From an uncultured delta proteobacterium (GTDB lineage: Bacteria > Desulfobacterota > Binatia > Binatales > Binataceae): a DNA stretch of 64,000 nt. The position numbers and the translations under genes were made by a program. This document shows, in pieces, positions 9,378-19,462 of the stretch. The stretch's first letter is position 1; every line of letters starts with the position of its first letter. The notes under the pieces are model-generated. The model was not told the DNA's origin and ran no database searches. It saw only the letters and a program-made list of their open reading frames with translations. The DNA lies in NCBI GenBank assembly GCA_963842085.1, contig CAWJET010000001.1, positions 2,688,001-2,752,000 of the forward strand, in the 5' to 3' direction.

Positions 9378-10454
9378 TTACTCGCCGCTAAGGAATCGAT
9401 AGACGAGCTTCTGGAAGTGCTGGATGCCGCGTTCGCGCGACAGCATCAGGTGCCCGTGCTCGATCGTACCCGAGCGCAGGCCGCGCTGCACCGATTCGCA
9501 CAGCACGACGTCCTCGCGGGTTACGAGATCGCTGAATTCCACGTACTCGCGCATCTGTTCGTCGGTCAGATTCTCGGCGAAATAGTAGTCAACGATCTGC
9601 CGGCTGTGGCCCGCATCGATGGGGATGGCGGAGATCACCTGCATGCTCGGTGGATTGCCCGAGAGCGAGAACATCACGTTGGGCCATAGTGTTGCGTAAG
9701 TTACGCCGCGGCCGGGCGACCGCAGGAGAGGGCCGTAGTAGGTGGAGTAGTATTCGTGCTCGGCGTCGACGCGATAGCTGTCGGTGTCGATCACTGATGA
9801 AAACTTCGGATGCGCGATCGGGCAGTGGTAGCATTCGTTGAAATTCTCGACGACGACTTTCCAGTTCGACGCCAGGTCGTAGGTGTCGCGGCGCAGCATC
9901 CGCATTTTTGCGAGATCGATTCCCGCGCGCTCGAAGACAGTCGGCAGTTCGCCCAGCACGTCGCGCATGGGAGCGGCCGCCGGGGACGGATTGACGAAAA
10001 TCAGCGGTCCCCAGGTCTCGACCGCGAACGGTGCCAGCGAAAAGGTTTGCTTCGCGAACGATCGCTGCTCGTTCTCGCGCGGCGCGGTGCGCAGCGTGCC
10101 GTCCAGGTTGTAGGTCCATCCGTGATAGTGGCACTGCAGCGTCATCCGGTTGCCGGCGCATTCGAGGACGACCTCGCTCCCGCGATGACGACATACGTTG
10201 GCGAACGCACGAATCGCCCCGCCGGCATCGCGTACGATGACAACCGGCAAATCGCCGGGCCGGGTAGTGAAAAAATCGCCAACGCTCGCCACCTGCCCGA
10301 TATGTCCGACGTACTGCCACGTGCGACGGAAGATGCGCTCCTTCTCCGCCTGAAAAACGTCGGGATCGACGTACCAGCGGGCAGGCAGCGTATCGCCGCG
10401 CTCAAGCGCGCTCGCGATTGCCGGGTCCGCGCATGCATTTGATGCCAAAGTCAT
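9378..10454 (-). CDS. Rieske ring-hydroxylating oxygenase alpha subunit (choline monooxygenase-like)
   Basis: CRHRG...CHYHGW Rieske motif; NWK..ENFNECYHCPIAH mononuclear iron motif. Confidence 0.9.
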   Translation of the reverse strand: MTLASNACADPAIASALERGDTLPARWYVDPDVFQAEKERIFRRTWQYVGHIGQVASVGDFFTTRPGDLPVVIVRDAGGAIRAFANVCRHRGSEVVLECAGNRMTLQCHYHGWTYNLDGTLRTAPRENEQRSFAKQTFSLAPFAVETWGPLIFVNPSPAAAPMRDVLGELPTVFERAGIDLAKMRMLRRDTYDLASNWKVVVENFNECYHCPIAHPKFSSVIDTDSYRVDAEHEYYSTYYGPLLRSPGRGVTYATLWPNVMFSLSGNPPSMQVISAIPIDAGHSRQIVDYYFAENLTDEQMREYVEFSDLVTREDVVLCESVQRGLRSGTIEHGHLMLSRERGIQHFQKLVYRFLSGE

Positions 10455-10483
10455 TTATTTGGTGACGCCGAAACCTGAATCTA

Positions 10484-11026
10484 CTAAATTGCGCGACAAA
10501 TTTCCTTAACGAGATCTTGCAACGGTCGCGTCCCGTCGAGTCGCACTACGCGGCATGGTAGCTCGGCAAGCCATGCCTGATGCCGCGCGAGATTGCGTCC
10601 CTCGCGAGTGCCGTCATCGTAGTGCGAGGCCCACTCGATGAATTCTTCCGCCTGCCGGTGGAGCGAGCCGCCCGGAGCGACAGCATCAGGACCCAAGCGC
10701 CGAGCCTCGCGCTCCCGCAAGCGTTCGAGGCGAATCACGGTCGGCGTGTACACGAACACCACCAAATCGAGGAACGCAACGATCGGGTCGCCCCAACCGT
10801 CGAGCGAGCCGCTCAGCACCCAGTCCGGCCGCTCCAGGAACATCTCGCGCATCAGACGGAGACGATCCGGAACTTCGCGCATCTCGCGATACGGCGGATT
10901 CGTCGGCCGCCAGAAGTAATCGTCGGTGTCGTGATGCGGGATCGCAAGCGCATCCGCCGCCGCGCGTCCGAGGCTGCTGACGCCGGCTCCAGAAGCCCCC
11001 ATGATGTGCACGCGGCAAGTCTTCAT
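10484..11026 (-). CDS. Adenylate kinase-like P-loop protein
   Basis: HIMGASGAGVSSLG, DTDDYFW, WVLSGS. Confidence 0.75.
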   Translation of the reverse strand: MKTCRVHIMGASGAGVSSLGRAAADALAIPHHDTDDYFWRPTNPPYREMREVPDRLRLMREMFLERPDWVLSGSLDGWGDPIVAFLDLVVFVYTPTVIRLERLREREARRLGPDAVAPGGSLHRQAEEFIEWASHYDDGTREGRNLARHQAWLAELPCRVVRLDGTRPLQDLVKEICRAI

Positions 11027-11388
11027 CTAGCCGCTGTCAGATCGCGCAGAATGTCCAGTCGCAGCTTCAACTTCTCTCCCAGCCACAGGGCGTTGACGGC
11101 GTGATCTGTGTAGGCGTCTGTCGTTTCGGGATGGACCAGGATATTCAGGCCGGCGCGGTTCAGCATCAACCACGGCACGATTTTGGCGAACTCTTCCGGA
11201 TCGAATTTCACCTGGTACATCGATTGCGGATGCGGCCCTACCGGCTGGTCACGCCATCGGCCCATTTGGACCTTGAAGGTGCGCCCGATTGCTTCGCGGA
11301 TACGTGCGGCGGTGTCGCGCGACGCATCGTCGTAGTAGATGTGCGCGTGATAGCAACTTATGATCGCGGGATCGATCGCGTCCGCCAT
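11023..11388 (-). CDS. DOPA 4,5-dioxygenase family protein
   Basis: YHAHIYY, VGPHP, WLMLNR, LVHPET, ALWLGE. Confidence 0.88.
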   Translation of the reverse strand: MADAIDPAIISCYHAHIYYDDASRDTAARIREAIGRTFKVQMGRWRDQPVGPHPQSMYQVKFDPEEFAKIVPWLMLNRAGLNILVHPETTDAYTDHAVNALWLGEKLKLRLDILRDLTAAR

Positions 11389-11405
11389 CGCGATTACTCA
11401 GTCGC

Positions 11406-11837
11406 CTACATGCGCTCCAGAACTATCACCGGGATCTGACGCGTCGTGTTCTTCTGATATTCCGTAAAGTTGGGCATCACTTTGGCCTGGGCGTCGAACA
11501 GGCGCTGGCGCTCGGGGTCGGTGGTGATGACAGCCTTGGCCTGGAATTTTTCCTTGCCGAGCTCAATCGTAACGGTCGGGTGAGCCTTCAGGTTGTGGAA
11601 CCAGGCGGGATTTGTCGGGAAGCCGCCCTTCGACGCGATTATGACCATGCGATTGCCGTCCCTCGTGTACACCAGCGGCGTGGTGAAAGGGCGTCCGCTT
11701 TTCGCGCCCGTAGTAGTCAGCAGAAGCAGTGGGGCATTCACAAACGGGCCGCTCAGGACCTTGCCGCCGTTGGCGCGAAACTCCTTGATCAGGTTCTGGT
11801 TGAATTCGTGCATCGCTTTTTCGTTGAACTCGGGCAT
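11406..11837 (-). CDS. Deazaflavin (F420)-dependent nitroreductase family protein (Ddn-like)
   Basis: EFRANGG, LLLTTTGAKSG, IASKGG..NPAWFHNL, YQ..TTRQIPV; SD AGGAG. Confidence 0.9.
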   Translation of the reverse strand: MPEFNEKAMHEFNQNLIKEFRANGGKVLSGPFVNAPLLLLTTTGAKSGRPFTTPLVYTRDGNRMVIIASKGGFPTNPAWFHNLKAHPTVTIELGKEKFQAKAVITTDPERQRLFDAQAKVMPNFTEYQKNTTRQIPVIVLERM

Positions 11838-12015
11838 GGTGGTCTCCTATTTTTTCAGTTGAATGATACAGCGGCGAGTGCCGCTTCTTAATCACGCATC
11901 CTCACACCTCGCCGTACTCGGCCTCCTCCCCCGTGAATAGTGGGCTGGCCAGGAAAAAGAAAGGGCCAGTCGTCGCCGGCCGGCCGCTTCCTGATTCAAG
12001 CCGTTGCAGTTGCGA

Positions 12016-13014
12016 CTATGCTGCCGACGCCATCTGCATCACGCCGAGCTGCTGATACCACGACTCGGTGCGCTCGTTGATCAGATCGATTTGCCGCAGG
12101 CATGGGATGATCGTGTCGACGAACAGGAATGAGTTGAACTGCTTTTCCATGTTGTTCTCGGCCGCGGCCCACGCCGGGTTGCGATGCATCTCGTCCTCGA
12201 TGTCCTTGATCGAGATGCCAACTTCCTCGAACACTGCCGAGCCTGACAGGAAGCCGTCCTTGGGCACGCCGTCGACGACCTTGGTCACCATCATGTCGCA
12301 GGCGGCGAAGGCGAAGTCCTCGAGATCCTTCTTGTCCTTGCCCTTGAGCTTGGTGACGGCGTCGCGCAACGCGAGCATGCCGAAGCCGACGTGGCGCGCC
12401 TCGTCCTTCATGATGTACTCGAGCAGTTCCTTCAGCAGCTCGTCCTTGGTCTCGCGCTGCATGAAGCGGAACGCCGCGATCGCCAGTCCCTCGGCGACGA
12501 CCTGCATGCCGACGTACTTGGGCTCCCAGCGCTCGTGCTCCATTACCGCGGTAAGCAGCCGCTCGAGCGTGGGATCGATCGGGTAGATGCGATCGAGCTT
12601 GGTGATGTACTTGCGGAAGCCCTCGACGTGACGCGCTTCGTCGAAGACCTGCGCCGCCGCGTTCATCTTGGCGTCGAGGTCGGGCACCGCGTCAACCAAC
12701 TGCCCGCAGACCATCAGCGCGCCCTGCTCGCCGTGCAGGAACTGCGAGAGCCGCCAGGCGGCGAACTTGCGGCCGAGCTGGTACTTGTTCTCTTCGCTCA
12801 GCGATCGATAAAGCTCGGTCTGGAACATCGGCATCACCGTCATGTCCAGGACTTCCTTCTCGATCGGGCGGTCCCAGTTGATGGTGGTCGAGACGTTCCA
12901 CTGATCGCGCTTGGCGTTCTCGTACAGCCGATCCATCTGCGGGAACTTGACGCTGTAGTCCCAGTGGAAAACGCTTTCGAGGTCCGTGTTAACAATCGTG
13001 TGGTCGTGAGACAT
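12016..13014 (-). CDS. Ferritin-like diiron protein (AurF/N-oxygenase-like family)
   Basis: SQFLHGEQGAL, DEARH twice, VAEGLA; SD GGAGGA. Confidence 0.82.
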   Translation of the reverse strand: MSHDHTIVNTDLESVFHWDYSVKFPQMDRLYENAKRDQWNVSTTINWDRPIEKEVLDMTVMPMFQTELYRSLSEENKYQLGRKFAAWRLSQFLHGEQGALMVCGQLVDAVPDLDAKMNAAAQVFDEARHVEGFRKYITKLDRIYPIDPTLERLLTAVMEHERWEPKYVGMQVVAEGLAIAAFRFMQRETKDELLKELLEYIMKDEARHVGFGMLALRDAVTKLKGKDKKDLEDFAFAACDMMVTKVVDGVPKDGFLSGSAVFEEVGISIKDIEDEMHRNPAWAAAENNMEKQFNSFLFVDTIIPCLRQIDLINERTESWYQQLGVMQMASAA

Positions 13015-13039
13015 CGTGCAAATCCTCCGGATTCACTTT

Positions 13040-13657
13040 TCACTTTTCACTGGGCGCGAGCCGTGCTGCACGCTCGAGTCCGCCCAGGGCAAAATTTACA
13101 GTGACGTTTTTTAGTTCCGCGTGAGAAAGATCGCGGCTCGCGAGCAGCCACGAAATCGCCTGCGACAACATCCCGATCGTGAGATGCGCAATCGCGTCGG
13201 CGCGCTCGCCGACCGCGGGCGCGAGATCATTGCGGAGGTCGTCGATGAATACCTCGTGGACGCGGACCATCAGATCCAGGAACGCGGGGCTGTGGCCGAA
13301 GACGATCCGAAACAGTTCCGGCGCCTGCGCCGCTGCGTCGAGAATCGTGTCGATCGTGATTTTGAGCTTTTCGGCCGGCGTGTGGACGCCCGCCTTGGCC
13401 TCGGCGAGGTTGCGCCGCAGTTCGGCTGCGCCATGCTCGATCAGCTCGATAAAGATTTCGTTCTTGGTTTTGAAGTGGAGGTAGAAAGTGCCGAGGCCCA
13501 CGTCGGCTTCGGTCGCGATGTCGGCGATACGCGTCTGATGGTAACCCTTGCTCGAGATGACGCGTTCCGCCGCCCGGATTAGATCGACGCGCGTTTTTTC
13601 GCGGCGCCGATCGAAACGGTTTGGCGCATCGCCGGCCTGACGCGCAATTTGTCCCAT
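13040..13657 (-). CDS. TetR/AcrR transcriptional regulator
   Basis: HTH IADIATEADVGLGTFYLHFKTK. Confidence 0.92.
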   Translation of the reverse strand: MGQIARQAGDAPNRFDRRREKTRVDLIRAAERVISSKGYHQTRIADIATEADVGLGTFYLHFKTKNEIFIELIEHGAAELRRNLAEAKAGVHTPAEKLKITIDTILDAAAQAPELFRIVFGHSPAFLDLMVRVHEVFIDDLRNDLAPAVGERADAIAHLTIGMLSQAISWLLASRDLSHAELKNVTVNFALGGLERAARLAPSEK

Positions 13658-13664
13658 TTGGATA

Positions 13665-13693
13665 CAGTTAGTTCAAAGTGAATTGTGTGTCAA
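13665..13693 (-). promoter_or_regulatory. Candidate sigma-70 promoter, probably giving a leaderless tetR-ferritin transcript
   Basis: Minus strand TTGACA-17 nt-TAACTG, ending 7 nt before the ATG. Confidence 0.5.
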
Positions 13694-13841
13694 TTACGAC
13701 TTTTCATTCATTGCTGAAGAGAAATTCATATATGAAGCGGACCTATCGGGAGTGAAAACTAACGCCATTCAATGCAGAATCTTGAGTTGAGCCGGTAGTC
13801 TAATCAGACAGCAAATACGCCGAAAAACAAGGATAAAACCG

Positions 13842-14648
13842 CTATGGCGAGCTGCCGGTGGCGTCGGGACCGGATTGATCTGGGGGAGCGCCAGACTGGT
13901 CGGGAGATTGGTCGGGAGGCGGGTTCTCGGTTCCCGCATCCTGAGTCGTATCGGGCAGAATCACCGGCTCGGGGAATTCAGCGGTCACGTTGCAGCAGAG
14001 CAGGTAACTGCTGCCCGCGCGAGGCTGAGCGTTGTAGGCCTGCAGGGAGCCATCAGCGAGCACCTTGACCGCCTGGTAACTGGTCGAGCCCGATACACGC
14101 TCGATTTGAAAGACGTAGTAAGCGCCGCGATCGAGAGGCTCGGGCGGCCCTTCCTCCGGCAGTATCTGCGTGAAGTGCGTGGGCACTTTGGCGTACTCGA
14201 TACTCTTGATCGAGTACTTGGCCGAACCGACTCCGGTGATAGAGCCAAAGGTACCTTCGTCGGCCTTGAACTCCCAGATAGGAACGCCGCCGTCGAATCG
14301 CACGACAGACTCAGTATGCGACGCGTCGCGTTGATGGTTGGCGATCACTTCGGCGCCGAAGAACTTGATTACCGTGGCGCGTGAGAGCGCGTCACCGGGG
14401 TGCCGGTAGCTGATCGCGACATGGGCTACGGGCGGGGGCAGCGGTTCACCTTCGTCGGCGTTGGCCGCATCGTCTAGATCGGATGAGTCGTCGCCTGAGC
14501 TCCACATCGACTTGACGTACGAGGTGACTGACGAGCATCCCTGCGTCGCCAGCGTGAGCGCCAGAATCAGCGCGACTGCGACAGACCAGTGCAACAGGCG
14601 GCATTCACGCATCGGCGGCACTGTGCGGTCAAAAGTCCTCATCGCCAC
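13842..14648 (-). CDS. Hypothetical lipoprotein with PDQS repeats in the C-terminal tail
   Basis: Hydrophobic signal and lipobox-like TQGC; tail PPDQSPDQSGAPPDQSG; start uncertain. Confidence 0.65.
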   Translation of the reverse strand: MAMRTFDRTVPPMRECRLLHWSVAVALILALTLATQGCSSVTSYVKSMWSSGDDSSDLDDAANADEGEPLPPPVAHVAISYRHPGDALSRATVIKFFGAEVIANHQRDASHTESVVRFDGGVPIWEFKADEGTFGSITGVGSAKYSIKSIEYAKVPTHFTQILPEEGPPEPLDRGAYYVFQIERVSGSTSYQAVKVLADGSLQAYNAQPRAGSSYLLCCNVTAEFPEPVILPDTTQDAGTENPPPDQSPDQSGAPPDQSGPDATGSSP

Positions 14649-14684
14649 CTCGAAAGGCGCGTCGCAGCGTAAATCGCAATCGCT

Positions 14685-16094
14685 TTGTATATGCGCATGT
14701 CTATCGGGTACTCTCTGCGGCCTGTGGCAAACCGGGATTCGAGCGAAAAGATTGGCCTTCGTCCCCTGTTAATTTACGCGCAGGCGCAGACCGGCCTCAA
14801 CCTGTGCGTGACGCTGATCGGTCTGCACCTTCTCTATTTCTATACCGATCGCATGGGGCTCTCTCCATCGCTGGCCGGACTTGCATTTTTCATCGCGCTG
14901 GTGCTGGATGCGCTGACCGACCCGCTGGTCGGCAATATTTCCGATCGCGCGCGCTTCAAGTCGGGCCGGCGGCGGCCGTTTTTCTTCGCGTCGATTCCGA
15001 TGGCGCTCTGCTACTACCTGCTGCTGTCGCCGCCGCCGCTCAAGGCGGGGTTGTTCGTATGGTTCTTATGTTTTTACTTCCTGATGCTCACGTCGCGGAA
15101 GTTTTACGAGACCGCGTACGGCGCGCTGATGCCGGAACTGACGCTCGACTACGACGAACGCACCAAACTCTCCACCTTTCGCATGCTGCTCGGCACGCTC
15201 GGCGACATCAGCGGCGCGCTGCTGCCGTTTGCGGCGACCTATCTGTTCGCGCGCGGCACCGACTTCAAAGTGACTGGCGCGGTTTGCGCGCTGGTGGTCG
15301 CCGGCGGCGCGATGGTCGCGTACACGGGCCTTCGCGAGCGCACCGAATTTTCCACCCGCGAGCGCTCCCGGCTGTTCGCGTCGATCAAATCGATGGCGGG
15401 TAACCGGCCCTTCATCATTCTGCTCATCGCCACGACGCTGGCCATCATGGCCATCAACATCCCGACGGTGCTGCTGCGCTTCCTCGCCAAGTACTGGTAT
15501 CACGACGAGAACGCGGCAGCGCGATGGTTGATGGCGTACTTCGCCGGCTCGGTCATCTCGTATCCGTTCTGGTTCAGAATCACAGTCAGGTTTGAGAAAA
15601 AGCCGGCCTTCGTGGTCGCGATGATCTGCAACGCGATGGGCTCGCTGGCGTTCATGCTGATGACCCGCCAGAGCACTTTGGGACTTTATTTTTTGATGGC
15701 GTTCAGCGGATTCTCGGCCATCGGAATCTGGGTCACGCAAATGTCGGCGTCGGCTGACGTGATCGAATGGGACGAGGAGCGCACCGGCCAGCGCCAGGAA
15801 GGTGCCTACGGCGGAATCACCTCGATGTCGATAAAGATGGCGACCGCGGTCACGCTGCTGATGGTCGGGCCGGTGATGAGCTGGGTCGGCTACAAGCCCG
15901 GCGGCGGTATCACGCCTCAAGCGGGGGAGAATCTGCGCGCGCTGTTCGCGATCGGCCCCGCGTCGATCTACCTGATGAGCGCGCTGGTCTTCTCGCGCTA
16001 CCCGATCACGCGCGAAAGCCACCGCGCAATGCGCGACCGGCTGGCTGCCCGCAGCGCCGCCACCGAAGAAGAAAAAGCAAAATCCATCGCGTAG
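14685..16094 (+). CDS. MFS transporter, GPH (MelB/UidB) family
   Basis: DALTDPLVGNISD, GRRRPF, PELTLDYDERT, ADVIEWDE..TG.RQEG; start uncertain. Confidence 0.88.
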   Translation: MYMRMSIGYSLRPVANRDSSEKIGLRPLLIYAQAQTGLNLCVTLIGLHLLYFYTDRMGLSPSLAGLAFFIALVLDALTDPLVGNISDRARFKSGRRRPFFFASIPMALCYYLLLSPPPLKAGLFVWFLCFYFLMLTSRKFYETAYGALMPELTLDYDERTKLSTFRMLLGTLGDISGALLPFAATYLFARGTDFKVTGAVCALVVAGGAMVAYTGLRERTEFSTRERSRLFASIKSMAGNRPFIILLIATTLAIMAINIPTVLLRFLAKYWYHDENAAARWLMAYFAGSVISYPFWFRITVRFEKKPAFVVAMICNAMGSLAFMLMTRQSTLGLYFLMAFSGFSAIGIWVTQMSASADVIEWDEERTGQRQEGAYGGITSMSIKMATAVTLLMVGPVMSWVGYKPGGGITPQAGENLRALFAIGPASIYLMSALVFSRYPITRESHRAMRDRLAARSAATEEEKAKSIA

Positions 16095-16128
16095 GCGTTT
16101 TGCGATAGTTCATCCAATCGGCGAACAA

Positions 16129-16161
16129 AGAGGGCCGCGGGTTCGTCACCCGCGACCCTCT
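16129..16161. terminator. Hairpin between convergent genes, probable terminator
   Basis: AGAGGGCCGCGGGT-TCGTC-ACCCGCGACCCTCT, one mismatch. Confidence 0.6.
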
Positions 16162-16187
16162 GGTCGCTCAATCTTAAATCGTCGCGA

Positions 16188-17315
16188 TCAGCCCAGCAGG
16201 GACTTCGCCACCGTCTCACGATGTACTGGCGCGTTGCCGAAGTTTGCTTCTCCCGCCAGCGCGCGCCGGTGGTACAGGTGCATGTCGTGCTCCCAGGTGA
16301 ATCCGATGCCGCCGTGCACCTGGATTGCCTCCGACGTGACGTTCTTCGCCATGTCCGATGCGTACGCTTTCGCCATCGGCACGGCAGTCGCCGCTTCGGC
16401 ACCGCGTGTATCGACGGTCCAGCATGCGTAGTAGGTCAGCGAACGCGCGTTCTCGACCGCGACCATCATGTCGACGCACTTGTGCTTGACGGCCTGGAAC
16501 GATCCGATCGGCTTGCCGAACTGCACGCGCGTCTTGGCGTATTCGACCGACATGTCGAGCGCCTTCTGCGCTGTCCCGACCATCTCGGCCGCAAGCCCCG
16601 CGGTCGCGATGTCGAGCGTGCGCCGCAGGATCGGCCATCCCTCGCCTTCCTTGCCGACAAGTTCCGAGGTCTTCACATTGTCGAACTTCACGTGGCACAG
16701 CCGCCGCGTCATATCGACAGTCTTGAGCTGAGTGATCGTGACGCCCTTCGTCTTCGAATTGAGGGCCAGGATCGTGATTCCCTTTTCGCCGCTGCCGCCG
16801 GTGCGGACCGCAACCGCCATCCCGTTGGCGACGTGGGCGTCGGGCACGAAAAACTTCTCGCCAGTGATCGTGTATTCGTTGCCGCTCTTGGTCGCCTTGA
16901 GCTGGATTCCGTCGGCGTCGAAGCGGCCCGCGGCTTCGGCGATCGCGACGGTGCCGATAAACTCGCCCTTCGCCATCCGCGGCAGCAGATCTTTCTTTTG
17001 CTGGTCCGAGCCGCCCTCGATTAGCAGCGGCGCCGCGAGCAGCGCGGAAGTGAAGAAGGGCCCCGGCACGAGAGCCTTACCGGCCTCTTCGACAATCACC
17101 GTCATGTCGAGGAAACTGCCGCCTTGGCCGCCGTAGCTCTCCGGGATGAGCAGCCCGGGCCATCCGAGATCGACCAGCTTCTTCCAGAAAGCGGCGTCGT
17201 GTGCGGTCGCGTCCGCCATCATCTGGCGGACAAACTTGGTCGGGCAGTTGTCGGCCAGAAAGCGCTTGGCCGCGTCCCGGAGCATCTCTTGTTCCTCAGA
17301 AAATCCGAAATCCAA
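16188..17315 (-). CDS. Acyl-CoA dehydrogenase family protein, paralog of 3185-4288
   Basis: TTG start with SD GGAGG; RVQFGKPIGSFQAVKH, HGGIGFTWEHDMHL. Confidence 0.9.
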   Translation of the reverse strand: MDFGFSEEQEMLRDAAKRFLADNCPTKFVRQMMADATAHDAAFWKKLVDLGWPGLLIPESYGGQGGSFLDMTVIVEEAGKALVPGPFFTSALLAAPLLIEGGSDQQKKDLLPRMAKGEFIGTVAIAEAAGRFDADGIQLKATKSGNEYTITGEKFFVPDAHVANGMAVAVRTGGSGEKGITILALNSKTKGVTITQLKTVDMTRRLCHVKFDNVKTSELVGKEGEGWPILRRTLDIATAGLAAEMVGTAQKALDMSVEYAKTRVQFGKPIGSFQAVKHKCVDMMVAVENARSLTYYACWTVDTRGAEAATAVPMAKAYASDMAKNVTSEAIQVHGGIGFTWEHDMHLYHRRALAGEANFGNAPVHRETVAKSLLG

Positions 17316-17490
17316 CTTGCGTTCCTCCGTTTTTTCGATGGGGAATCCTGCGGCTTGAAACCGCTCGAATCCATGTTTCAGGTACCATTAAGGCTTTCAG
17401 GCGTGCAAGCGCCGGAAATCCCGCAAGGCGCGGGTTGCGCGCTTGATTCGCGCGCGGGAACCGCGAGAATAGGCGACTCGGACCGCTCCT

Positions 17491-18276
17491 ATGGAACACA
17501 AAGATCTCGTGCGCGAAGAGTTCACCCGGCAGGCCAACGACTACGCAACGGCGCCCGCCATCCTCGACGCGGAGCATCTGCGCAAGCTGGTCGAGCTTGT
17601 CGCCCCGCCGCGCGATGCGCGCGTGCTGGAAGTCGCGACCGGACCGGGGCACGTCGCGATGACGTTTGCGCGGGTGTGCCGTGAAGTCGTGGGAATCGAT
17701 CTGACTGACGCGCCGCTCAAGATTGCCGAGAAGATGCGCGCGGAGCGGGGAATCGCCAACGTCCGTTTCCAGAAGGGCGATGTCGAGTCGCGCCTGCCGT
17801 TCAACGACGGGGAATTCGACGTCGTCGTGTGCCGGTTCGCGGTTCATCATTTTGCCGCGCCGGAAAAAGTGATCGCCGAGATGGCGCGAGTGTGCCGCGC
17901 CGACGGACTGGTGGCAATCGAGGATTTGATTGCCAGCGAACAGCCGGCGCGTGCGGCGTACTACAACCAATTCGAGCGGCTGCGCGACACCTCGCACACC
18001 AACGCGCTTGCGATGAGCGAACTGATCCGAATGATGGGCGCGGCCGGCCTCGAGATAGTCAGGTTCGCGTCGCACGGGTACCGCACCGCGGTATCGCAAT
18101 GGATCAAGGCTGCGCATGCGTCGCCGGAGCGCGCGGCCAAGGCGATCGCGATGGTCGAGCGCGATGCGGACGAGGATCTAAGCGGCGCGCGTCCGCTCCG
18201 AATCGATGGCGAGCTGTATTTCACCTACCGGATCGCGATGCTGGTGACGCGCAAGCTGGCGTCACGCGCGGCTTAG
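17491..18276 (+). CDS. Class I SAM-dependent methyltransferase (UbiE-like)
   Basis: VLEVATGPG, LPFNDGEFDVVVCRFAVHHF, EMARVC. Confidence 0.88.
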   Translation: MEHKDLVREEFTRQANDYATAPAILDAEHLRKLVELVAPPRDARVLEVATGPGHVAMTFARVCREVVGIDLTDAPLKIAEKMRAERGIANVRFQKGDVESRLPFNDGEFDVVVCRFAVHHFAAPEKVIAEMARVCRADGLVAIEDLIASEQPARAAYYNQFERLRDTSHTNALAMSELIRMMGAAGLEIVRFASHGYRTAVSQWIKAAHASPERAAKAIAMVERDADEDLSGARPLRIDGELYFTYRIAMLVTRKLASRAA

Positions 18277-19454
18277 GATTTCCTTCCCGAGATCAGTGCG
18301 AGGACGCCCGAGTATTGGAGCAGAGAAGTCTGCTCCGCGAGCGAGCTGATTTCGAAACCGGTGAAGAAGCCGGCGATCGGAACAGGTCCGAGGTAGCGCC
18401 TGATGTACGCGGAATCGTGACCGGGGATGTTGTAGAGGCCGGCGCCGCGCGAGACGCAATCGAAGTACAGGCCGAACGCGGGCGGCGCGTCCAGGCGGTC
18501 GCTTAATTCTTGCAGCGTTGCCTTCAAGTCCTCGCGCGAGCGTTCGGCGTCGCGCAGCACGAACCCGACCGTGTCGCCCACTTTGGGCTGGAACGCGACC
18601 GCGATAACGCCGTGCTCCTCGCTGGCGCCGACGATATTGCGCACAACGAACTGTCCCCGCTCGATCGTCTGCGTGTTCTCGTACACGGGAACCGCAACGA
18701 AGACGTAGGCCAGCGCGCGCCGCAGATCGGCAGCCAGGGGTCCGGCGGCCTCGGCGAAGACTTCGTAGGCCGGCCGGCCGTCGAGCTCGATCACGATATT
18801 GTCGCGCGCGGCGGTCACGCGATGCGCCGTTCCGATCAGGCCGCATGCGATCGAATTCGCCAGCGTCAGGTCGAAGTCGCCCGCCAGCAGCATCCCGGAG
18901 ACCGCATTCGAGCTGATCGTGTCGCCGCAGAAAACAAACGTCTCGCCAATTGAGCCGTCCTCGCTGGCGCCGCCGCCCGCGATCTTCACGCCGGGCAATT
19001 CAGTCCGGAGAGCCTCGAGCGTGGCCTCGGCTTCGAAGTTGTAAGTGTCGGCAAAAAGAATCAGCAGGTTCGTTTTGCCGAGATTGGAGCGCACCGCCGA
19101 CGCCACGTCAGCGGCGACGCCCGCGGCCCGGCCGCGCAGCGTCGGCGCGAAGAATCGAGTCGCGTGAATGTCTTCGCCGCCGAACACCATCACGGCGAGC
19201 GCGTGTCCGGACTCGATTTCGGTCTCGCCGGCGATGACGCCCATGCTCGAGCATCCCGCGACTTCGCGCGTATGCGCTTCGGAAGCCACCGCGCGCAGAA
19301 TCATCGGGTAAGCCGCGCCGTACGCGGGAGTTGCGAAACAGAGTGCGCCCTTCGCGCGGCTGAGCCCCGCCTGCGCCATCGCGGCGGCGGCTGCCTCGGC
19401 GGCGGCGATCCGCGGATTCAGCGCGGCCGAGAAACCGACGCCCGCTCGAATCAT
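18273..19454 (-). CDS. FIST domain protein (FIST-N plus FIST-C)
   Basis: VAGCSSMG, IAGGGAS, IELDGRPA, YFDCVSRG, AGFFTGFEI. Confidence 0.88.
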   Translation of the reverse strand: MIRAGVGFSAALNPRIAAAEAAAAAMAQAGLSRAKGALCFATPAYGAAYPMILRAVASEAHTREVAGCSSMGVIAGETEIESGHALAVMVFGGEDIHATRFFAPTLRGRAAGVAADVASAVRSNLGKTNLLILFADTYNFEAEATLEALRTELPGVKIAGGGASEDGSIGETFVFCGDTISSNAVSGMLLAGDFDLTLANSIACGLIGTAHRVTAARDNIVIELDGRPAYEVFAEAAGPLAADLRRALAYVFVAVPVYENTQTIERGQFVVRNIVGASEEHGVIAVAFQPKVGDTVGFVLRDAERSREDLKATLQELSDRLDAPPAFGLYFDCVSRGAGLYNIPGHDSAYIRRYLGPVPIAGFFTGFEISSLAEQTSLLQYSGVLALISGRKS

Positions 19455-19462
19455 TGCATCAC

